A stretch of 63,522 nt of DNA, the filler included, from Platydemus manokwari (Eukaryota): NCBI GenBank assembly GCA_037951405.1. It is 6 parts of 6 records of this genome, joined end to end, with 100 filler letters (N's around TTAATTAATTAA, not from the genome) between each part and the next. Parts side by side here need not be neighbours in the genome. Positions count along the whole stretch, not along the records: positions 35,118 to 44,413 come from JBBMOY011270206.1; positions 44,514 to 53,649 come from JBBMOY011294650.1; 4 more parts are not named here. One strand, written 5' to 3'. The number at the start of each line of letters is the position of its first letter. Position 1 is the stretch's first letter. A model generated the notes under the pieces. The model did no database searches. It saw only the letters and a program-made list of their open reading frames with translations, and was not told the origin of the DNA. This document shows, one piece after another, positions 41,098 to 50,425 of the stretch. Made by a program: the position numbers and the translations under genes.

Positions 41098-41483
41098 TCA
41101 TAAACTATAAACTTGAACTTCATTATTACTGTGAGATATTTGAGATGAATTAAATTTCAATTTAATTCAAAACTATTTTAATTTACAATTATTCAAATTT
41201 TATTCAGATTTAATTTAATTTTATAAAAAATTAAGTTAATATAAAATTGAAAATATTTGTTTAAATATTTGGATTTAAAATAGAATTGATTGTGTCTTGA
41301 CATTTTTGGTTTGATTTTAGTTTGTGGTTTCTAAAATAGTATGAGCAGCTAACAATTACTATAAAATTGATGTCATTAGAACGTGTCTCATCTTGAATCT
41401 TGTATAAATGTGTATCTTTCATGCCTGAAAAATGGCACTGAAAAAGTTTTATGTAAAACAAATACCAGGACAATTAATTATTT

Positions 41484-41514
41484 CTCGGGACGAGAGAACT
41501 TTAAGAGTGGCATA
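41484..41514 (+). other. Polypurine-tract / pre-LTR motif
   Basis: CTCGGGACGAGAGAACTTTAAGAGTGGCATA directly before TGT matches the usual Ty3/Gypsy TCGGGACGA...TTAAG-purine-TGT junction. Confidence 0.7.
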
Positions 41515-41700
41515 TGTTTGAAATAAACAGTAGTAATCAAATAATAGTAAATAGTAAATAATAATCATAAACAAATAATTAATTAAGCACCAGAATTTTT
41601 CATCCAGAATCTTCAGAATTTCCTAAAATAACCCTAAAAATAAATAAATAACAAAAACAATGAGAGATCATCTCAAAAACAATGGAGAAAAATCAATTAT

Positions 41701-41820
41701 CCAATAGGAATAATACCCTTAAAATCGCAACCAATAAGTAAATAACCAATATTCTGACACCCAATCAAAATCGAGCTCTTAAAACATAAAAGTGGCCCTA
41801 AACTCATTAAGTCTCATTAT
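41701..41820 (+). promoter_or_regulatory. CCAAT-box promoter for the LTR-embedded ORF
   Basis: CCAAT at 41701, 41731, 41746 and 41761; CATAAAAG at 41785; TCATT initiator-like sites downstream. Confidence 0.55.
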
Positions 41821-41901
41821 TTTACTGGAAGAATTCTACTCGTAGACAATCAAGTAGTTATTGTTCATTTTTCAATGTTGTTAATTTTATATTCCCAAGA
41901 G

Positions 41902-43620
41902 ATGGAACCCTCGACGACAATAATACAGTTTTTTCCGCGCCGATTCTATCTTGGTATAGAATCAGAAAAAAGAAAGACCCCATTCGGAATTGAAAGAAGG
42001 ATTTTTGAAAAAATAAATGAGCTACCCGACAAGTTAAAGTCAGCTTCACAACAACTACGAACAACCGTAGTCATACATTCCCAAGAACAAGCCAGTTTTC
42101 AGTTGGGAGATATAACGCAGAATCTAATCTTCAATCCGAGCATGATTAAAATTCACTGCTCCCAATCTGATATTGCAATCAAATGTGTGAATGAGCTGAT
42201 TGAGTTGGAGACATTCTCATCAGCATCCATCCATCTTATCCCACTAAGAAATCAACATGCAGAGTTTCAAAAAATGACAATCAGAGCCAAGGAAATACCC
42301 TACACGATCATGGTAGAATATACAAGGCCAGAGCCGGAGGAGTTAGGAGAGTTCGGAGAATCAAAGCCATTCACAATCAATAGTCCGAGTCAATTGCCAT
42401 TCAGTGAGCCTAAAAATAGGATGTCATTCAAGAGAAAACCTGACGGTGTAAATCGTTATGAGGAGAGATTTTTATTGAATTTCCTTGATGTCAAATACGC
42501 AGTCAATTACAATTAAAAGGAATATCCGACCTGGATTAGCATAAGAGATCAGATGAGGAGAATAATTTTAGAACAGACTTGCTTTTCGAGGAGAGAAATA
42601 AAGCATTACTGCGTCAACAAGAACGGATTTGGAGAATATGTAGTCAGAGGAGCAACAGATTCTGAAGAGTTAAGCAAACAAGCAATCGAATTATTGAGGG
42701 GGAAGATCATTGTTGATATGATCTTAAGAAAGAGATGAAAGCACTGTCAATCTTGACTGAGGAAATAATGGGCGCAAGAGACATCAAAGGAGTCAGAATA
42801 ATAAAGAAAATCATGAAGGAGAAAAATGCTTTCCAGAGTGAAAAATTGAAAGATATTTATGCGGCAATTACCAACAAAATAATGGCACAATACGGAGAAA
42901 TGACAGATGAGATTCAGGCAACCATCAGCATTTATAACGAAGCCATCGATCATTGGATAGATGACATAGAAGATTGTGAAGATCAAAGATACCAAGAAAA
43001 AGTGGAAGCAGAAGGAGAAAAGATGCTGTCAATATATTCGAATGGGCTGAAAAAAACTATTCAACAAAAGGAACCATAATTCGAACCAAAGAGAAAATCT
43101 AGAAATTAAAATCCGCGGAAGAAATTTATCTCAGCATGAGAAAAGACAAATTTTGGCAAAAGCGTATGGGGGAGTACAGAGAACTCAGAGAAAATCAGAA
43201 GTCTGAGAAGGTACAGATAATTAACCATGATATTTTTTCAATTTATGTTGATGAAAACAACGTCAATGAGGAGTCATGACCATGCAGCAGGAGTACTATC
43301 TGACCGATGAGGACCAAATATTTTTAGAGCAGCTCTGGGTAGATGCCAAGGCTGAAGATCAACTGCTGATGAATGAGGAGCGAGATTTTGAGCGACTCCA
43401 GAAAGATTTAGAGGAATTCATCGAACAAGAGAAAAACAAAAAGATTGTTGAGAATTCTAATTTGTATCCTGATGCTGAGGAATTCCTACCAGGGCGGCCA
43501 TGGGAAGTCGTCAACGTAAAATCAATGAAAAAGTAACTCAAAAGGAAGCTGAAGGAACCATCAGAGCCAGATGCAAAGCATCAAAAGCATGAGGACATGC
43601 TTTCTGAGACCCCCCAGTAG
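41902..43620 (+). pseudogene. Accessory ORF-C inside the LTR: beta-rich domain paralogous to ORF-A/B, helical/coiled-coil region, PAM2-like motif
   Basis: ORF pieces 41902-42516, 42517-42738 (same frame after one TAA), 42735-43079 and 43276-43620. SNLYPDAEEFLPG at 43456-43494. Could be two genes rather than one. Confidence 0.7.
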
Positions 43621-44127
43621 TGTTGGGGATTTGAGAAAACAGCTCTATCCAATGTATTAATTCAATATCAATACAATGTAACAATCCAACATAACAATTG
43701 TGACTCGAACATCAAACATTAATTATGCATGGCCTAGCTGTATGGGCATTTGTTATTTTGTCATTTTCCATAAATGTAAATGTATCAATGTTGTAACAAT
43801 TTTAGGGCTTGATTATTCAAGCAGTTATTATTGTACCAATTTTTATGAATAGCTTGATTAATCAAGCAATGCATATTTTATTGTTACCTTTTTATTGTTG
43901 GGATCCCCACTCATCACAAAAATACAGAATACACTCATCACAAACTCACAAATTATAACTCATATACCCTTTACATAGCACACACACCCAATAGGAAATC
44001 CATTACATAATGCATGTACATAACAAATAAGCCTTTAGCTATGGAAGCAGATATCCAAAAGCAGACCCATCATTTATTCCAATCCAAAGTCAATCCAAAT
44101 TCAAAATGTCAACAACATATTATCCCA

Positions 44128-44290
44128 ATATTCAATTATCGACTCATGACTGCTTATCCAATTTTATTATTGCTTGTCATAACAATTTATTATAACAATC
44201 TATGACTGCTTTTTCAATTTTATTATTGCTTGACAATGTATTATGTCCAATTTTATTATTGTTTGTTATGATAATTTATTATATCTTCAT
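44128..44290 (+). repeat. Short degenerate tandem repeat (CAATTTTATTATTGCTTG core, three copies)
   Basis: Core visible three times between 44140 and 44270. Confidence 0.7.
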
Positions 44291-45791
44291 AATGTATTAT
44301 TTATTATTGTGAGGGTTATGTATGAATAAAGGAATGAAGGGAGAATGCGGGTGATGAGGGATAACGACAATGAATATAAAATAGGATGATAAAAGAAAAT
44401 ATTAAGTTATAAANNNNNNNNNNNNNNNNNNNNNNNNNNNNNNNNNNNNNNNNNNNNTTAATTAATTAANNNNNNNNNNNNNNNNNNNNNNNNNNNNNNN
44501 NNNNNNNNNNNNNCAAAACCATCGACAGAAATCAAAGATAAGTACATGGAACAAATAAGTACTGATGTAGTGCATTTAATAACTCGATAATCTCATCAAC
44601 AATAACCTAGAAATAGACAGATCCTATTATTACATTTTTCACACAAGTAAAAAAACTACTATTTATTGATCTGTTGGGGATTCGAGAAAATAATGTATCA
44701 ATTCAAGTCATTCTGCACATCTATTATCGTCTCAATCGATTGATTCGGAAAAAAAACATTCTAATTGGAAATTTCTGAGAAACATTGTGAATTAATTATT
44801 TATAACATTAAACATTTATTTTAGCTTGTCTGTACAAGCATTCAATTTATAATTATATGGATTTTTATTTTTGGTTTAGTTGTATAAAGTGTCCATTTTT
44901 GTTTGGCTTGATTAAGCAAGCATTTGTAAATGTAACAATTTTATTTTGGTCTTGATAATTCAAGCATATCAACTTGTAATATTTTTTATCTTTTAATTAA
45001 AAGTTTTGTTTGTTGATTAAGCTTCTGGATAAATTAATTGAAAAGAAATAATAATAACTATAATAATAAACACGCTAATAATAATAGTCATTATAGATAA
45101 ATGATGAAACCTTGAAGATTTTTGTGAGACATAAATTTAATATGTTATATTATTTATATAGGCAATCTTTAGGAGAATTTTTTATTTTTAAGAATAAATG
45201 GTAAATCTCTTGAGAATTAAGATAAATGCATCCATTTTCTTCATTTAATCGTGACGAATAAAGCCGTCTTCCAAATCGTATAAATAGTGGGTTGAAAACC
45301 TCATAATTTCGCCCTTATTTGAAACCACTAGCTTGTAGTGCGTACGTATCCTATCCATATTTGCCAGAAGCATTCTTGTCAATCAATTGTTCAATTGTAT
45401 ATGCCAATAAACGTGAGTTCGATAATTATTTAACAAACTGACCGTTACTATAAACTTCGTGAATATCTTCTATTATAGAGTTGTGTCTCACATCCTTGAA
45501 GGTGGTTTTGCTAAAAGAGCGTGCAGTTTATTAATCCTGTACTTGTCGTATAAATTGTTCATTTTTATCAAACCATTTTATTATTACTGTAGTAATTTAT
45601 AATCGGTGTCAATTGTATATGTTGTGTCAATATACGTTTCATAAAACCCAAAATTGTTGATTGTTGATTAAATTGAGACTGATTAAGTTGAGACTGATTG
45701 CTTCAAAATCATTAGATCATTGTTCCCGTTTGGTATTGTCACAATATAATATTGAACACGAGGTGAAAATATAATTAATAAGGGTTCAATA

Positions 45792-45978
45792 CAGTCAAAC
45801 CTGTTTTTGTGCGGTCATTTTTTATGTGCTTTTTTGTGCCTCTACCGCATAAAAAAATTTCTTTACTATGCTGTGAAAAAGTATTTCTTATAGCTATTTA
45901 TGAAGTTTTTGAATATTTTTTTTGTGTGCTGTTTTTTTTCTGAAGTCCCTATCTACCGCACAAAAACAAGTTTCACTG
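45792..45978. mobile_element. 187-bp Tc1/mariner-superfamily (pogo/Tigger-type) MITE inserted in the LTR
   Basis: TIRs CAGTCAAACCTGTTTTTGTGCGGT and ACCGCACAAAAACAAGTTTCACTG (22 of 24 matching), flanked by TA on both sides. Absent from the related LTR at 22.2 kb. Confidence 0.9.
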
Positions 45979-46107
45979 TAGTTCGTACCTAGGGCTTGAT
46001 CAGAACCACGAGAGACTGATTAATTCAACATTGATCTACAAAGAGTTAAAATGTCAGACTGATAAGAATAATAAAACAAAAACCAGCAAGCCCAAAACGC
46101 AAACAAC

Positions 46108-46652
46108 TGGTGCCCCGAGTGATGATGAAATTGTTATAAAAATTTGAAAACCCGAGTGAGGATAAAATTGGTTTGAACTTTGATAAAAGTTTGAAAGCAA
46201 ATAGTTAAGTAAAGTTTAAGGTCCCGAATGAGGATATAATTGTTTTTAAAAATTGTAAGATTTTCTAAGGTTAATAAATATACATCAACTGGTGACCGTA
46301 GTGATGAGAAATTTGGTTTAAAACTTGATAAAAGTTCGGAAGCCTAAATAGTTAGAAGACAAAGTCGTTTTCAAATTTGAGGAATAAATTGGTTAAAAAT
46401 TTTGAAGACGTGAATAATTAGTAAAAATTGAAGACCCAGGTGAGGACAAAATAATAGTAATGCACAACAAGTGGTATCTAGGTGAGGTCAAATTTACTGT
46501 AAAATAAAAGCGAGGAACAAATTGTTTATAAGACAACAACTGATGCTAAAAAGTGAAATTAAACATCAACTGGTAAACCCGAGTTATAGTTTCAAAGATA
46601 CATCAACTGGTGCAATAGTAAGAATTGAAATAAATGTTAACTAGTGCCCGAA
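46108..46652 (+). repeat. Primer-binding site (elongator tRNA-Met type) followed by ~9 degenerate copies
   Basis: TGGTGCCCCGAGTGATGAT at 46108. Further copies at 46151, 46221, 46290, 46433, 46472, 46541, 46571, 46608 and 46642. Consensus TGGTGCCCCGAGTGAGGAT. Confidence 0.75.
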
Positions 46653-46760
46653 TAGCAAATTTTTAAATTGATATAATTGCGAGTTTAAAAATTGAGAGGT
46701 TAAAGTTAAAGATTGGTAAAATTGTGAAATTGGAAAAATAGTTAGAATATGAATAAAGTT

Positions 46761-46910
46761 GATAAAATTGAATTAAGCCATGGAGCTATTGATAAGTTTA
46801 ATCTGAGCCAAGGAGTTATTGATAAATTTGAATTGAGCCATGGAGCTATTGATAAGTTTAATTTGAGCCAAGGAGCTATTGATAAATTTGAATTAAGCCG
46901 AGGAGCTATT
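46761..46910 (+). repeat. 30-bp minisatellite, five copies, alternating A/B units, inside ORF 46749-47006
   Basis: GATAAATTTGAATTGAGCCATGGAGCTATT alternates with GATAAGTTTAATTTGAGCCAAGGAGCTATT. Translates DKIELSHGAI DKFNLSQGVI DKFELSHGAI DKFNLSQGAI DKFELSRGAI. Confidence 0.9.
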
Positions 46911-47699
46911 ATTTATAAATTTAAATTGAAATTCAGTCAGAGAGCTTTTGATAAATTTGATAATCAAAGCCCGTTAGATAATTTATTGCGTGAACTGGAG
47001 AGATAGTTTAATGACGCATAATAAGTAACTTTGATATATAAAAAGAAGAAAAACAGATTAAGGTTTTCAAATTTATAGCAACAAAGTTAACAATTTGAGA
47101 GGTCTACACCCTGCTCTAAGTTTTATTATTTAGTAAAGAGATTGATAACTTAATAGGTCTAGTTTCATAATAAGCATTGATCGTTCCACGAAAAGTGTTG
47201 AGTTTTTTTTGCACATATCAAATTGATTCTTAAGATCTACGATGCGGGGCTGATTTTTGCTTTTGTTTCGGGTCACCAAACCTGGCCGTAGTTTAGTTGT
47301 AGATTCTAGTTTCTTTAAAAATATGATAAATAAATAAAATGTTCATAATATTAAAATTATAAAATTTTTAGTTAAAAGATACTTTTTAAAAAATTATATT
47401 AAAAACAAATATACCACATTAATATTTATAAAAGTACTTTCTTAAAAAATACTGTTATATTCTCACTTTTAAAATTAGTAAAATTATTTAAATTAATAAA
47501 AGTAAAATTTAAATATTTAAAAAAATAAGATGTAATAAAAAATATGGGCATTTTTATTGAAATTAAAAATGAAAACAAATCAAATGGAACTAAATTTTAA
47601 ATTTAATATTTAAATCTTGTTTTAAAATCAATGTATTGAAAAATAGATTTTTGTTCTGTTGTAAACAAGACTTTTGATTTGAATATTAAAAACGAAGAA

Positions 47700-49300
47700 G
47701 TTTTGGCAACTAACAGTATTCATGTCCGTGTCGAAGCCTATTGTATTTTTTTAACCCCAGCAAAGTGTGGACTTGTTGGCCTGAATGGAATACGGAGTGA
47801 AATTGAGTAGCATCAGGTTGTTGAGCGATTGATGTGCAAAGATCTACAGCTACAGTGACATGTTGAAGTTTTTCAAAGGCTTCTGCGATAGATGTGAAGC
47901 TGAAAAATAGTTAACCAACTTTCGCTGTTTTTTCATTGTAGACCAAAGATTGCAGAAGGGCTTGAGAAAAAATATATCTCCTCTAGCAATATGATTATTT
48001 TATCTGCACAGGTCAGAGCTGAGAATTCACTTTTATGGAGTGTAATCTTAAGAAGATCTGGTGAGAAAGTCGATTGAAAGACAGAATAGTGCCATTAATA
48101 AATGACATCTTCACCTGACACCTCGGTAAATTAGTATTAGAGATATTTTTAATTGGCCACAATAGTAGTTTGATTTAAAGTCCTCGCATAAGGCTTTGAC
48201 CAGTTGGATATAGTGAGAGTTACAGCCCATTTTGTCGAGAGTTTGATAAACGACATCATGAGAATGCTTTTGAAAGTCTATCCAGCAGATGTGTAAGTCT
48301 TTGTAATGTTGAGGTGCATATTCTGAAAGTGTAAATAAATAGGCATAAATGTCAGAGGCCTTCATTGCATTCTGATTCGGAGAGAGAAAATTTCTAGCCT
48401 CGATCCAGTTGACAAGTCGGTGATCGAGGATAGTTGCAAAGATTCAGTATTATGGCTCCTTGAAATATTTGCCAGTATGAGGATACAATGTAAGAGGTTG
48501 GCTGTTTCACGAGAAGGTTGGTTTTGCATTCTGTCCATTGATTCGGTATTGTCTTTCTTTGAAGGGTTTTGGTTAATAAAGCTAGTAGAAAAAATGTTTG
48601 GGATCGATAATCTTCCAGTCCATGTATTTGATGTCGTTTGAAGGTGTTGCAGATCTCCGATGTTGTGATTTCTCTGGGCTTGAATTAAGCCAAGACATAG
48701 TGTGGAGATAACTCTGATGGAAATGGAGAGGGAGTCGAAGTTATGCATTGCACTATGATTTGAAACAATATTGGTAGAGATACTGGTTGTGAGTAGGGAT
48801 AAATATTTCTGATTATATTCTTGAGCTCAGTGAGACATTAGCTCCAAAATTTGAAATTTGAGGATGAATTATTATTTAAGAGGAGTACTAATGGTTTGAC
48901 AAGTTTCTTTGCTGGAGATCTCAAGAGATCGCCGATAGATAACGCTGTTTTGTTAGTAGACTGTATTCGTTTGAATTCCGGAGAGTCGACCTCGAGCAAT
49001 TTGATGATTTCAAGCAGAAAGAGTGTGTTGCTTGACCAGTGCTTGGATGGCTGACTTAATGTCTTTCGGAGGAGTATTATGTTTGCTATAGTCCGACTGA
49101 TGTAAGATTAGGATATTGTCCAGCTTGTGTTGTAGGGGTTCCTGTGGTTTCCATTCCAATGAAAAGTCATAAGACGATTTTACAATATTACAGTTTTTGG
49201 AATGGGAATTAGAGTTAGAAGTCCTTGAAATCCCGATTGTTGGTGGCGACTGCATACCGCAGATTGATTATTGGATTCGGACAGTTTTGCAAGGGGATGA
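47700..49300 (-). mobile_element. Decayed non-LTR retrotransposon reverse transcriptase (R2/NeSL-like early clades likely); edges approximate
   Basis: IPNQWTECKTNLLVK; LHICWIDFQKHSHDVVYQTLDKMG..HYIQLVKALCED...ILIYRGVR* (RT 'DF.KAFDSV.H' and 'RGVRQG' regions); SALTCADK (YADD remnant). Many frameshifts. Confidence 0.8.
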
Positions 49301-50425
49301 TCCGGAAGAAAAGTGATAAATGACAATATTGTCAGGCCCGTCATATAAGACAATAGAAGAATTAATCAAACATATCTACACCAGGAAATCCTGAAAAATA
49401 AACCGTAAGCCCAGACATAATAGATTTAGATAGTGAGGTCACCATGACACAACTATCTGCGCAAATACACACTTGAATGACCACCACCCGATCAAAATAT
49501 TGTGCCAAAAATAAAATGTGTGCATATAGAAAAAATAACAATTGTAAGTGGACAGTGGCATTATCACTAAATTTATCGAAAAAAAATGAGAATCGCAACC
49601 ACAAGAACACATAAAAAGTTGAAAGAAAACCAGTATCTAAAAAAGAAATATATGATTTTTGAAAATAATGATGGGAACTTTGGAATAATGGAAAGAAATT
49701 AACAGGAATAGAGAGAAAAAAGACTAAAGCGATAACAGAGGAGTAAAACTGATAATAAAATGAATAGATTAAAAATACTGACACCGGTCTCATGTTTTTT
49801 TAGTCAATCCCCGACTTATGTTACGGTAGCATGCCAGACAATCAAACACCTCATTCCTCATCCCAACCTTCTCATTCTCCATCAGACTCAGCCAAGATTT
49901 CCAATCAAAATGAAACAACCTGTATTAACAAACCGATTTTAATTTTTATGAAAATAAATTTTAGTCTTTTGTTATTTATTCTGTGTTCCGATGGGCCATT
50001 AATATCAGGGAGGATTAGTAGAATATTGGAAAAAATATTACTTATCTAAAAGATCTCGAATAAAATTTTTTGTTTATTAGACTATAGTGTAAACACAATG
50101 TTTATTATTTAATGCTGTATATGTTTATCAGAAAACTATACAATGTTTACATATCGTAATTTAGATAAAATGGAACAAGTGATTAAAAATAAAAAATATA
50201 AAAATGCTCAATTATCGATGCATTAAATTTAGAGGATGCGTTAAATCAAATTGTTGAACAAAAATTATATCTGACCATAATAAAAAAATTGTGCAAACAG
50301 AACTTGAAATACTTTCAAACTTATCATGGTTTCACATTTTAATGATTTTTATAAACAGATTTTATAAAAATTAACAAAGGCTAATATTGAATATGAAATT
50401 TATTTACAATAAAACAACGTTTAAT

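Larger units (their letters stand above)
41515..46105 (+). repeat. Giant LTR (~4.6 kb as assembled, including a 100-nt gap and a 187-nt MITE)
   Basis: Starts TGTTTG right after the PPT and ends CAAACA (perfect 6-nt inverted termini), 2 nt before a PBS. TATA (CGTATAAATAG) near 45278. May be a join of two copies across the gap. Confidence 0.65.
35650..47006 (+). mobile_element. Decayed giant Ty3/Gypsy LTR retrotransposon: integrase, accessory ORFs, PPT, ~4.6 kb LTR, PBS array
   Basis: All parts are collinear on the + strand; see the component features. gag/PR/RT/RNase H are not present in the window. Confidence 0.8.

Noticed and set aside
38624-43541. Minus-strand ORFs over the accessory region
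   Set aside because: Antisense shadows of the + strand coding remnants.
45674-46652. tRNA-Met gene or SINE on the minus strand
   Set aside because: The complementary pieces are scattered, in the wrong order for a tRNA gene, and form no cloverleaf.
46108-46910. CRISPR-like repeat-spacer appearance
   Set aside because: Eukaryotic context, irregular spacing, no cas genes; explained by PBS copies and a minisatellite.
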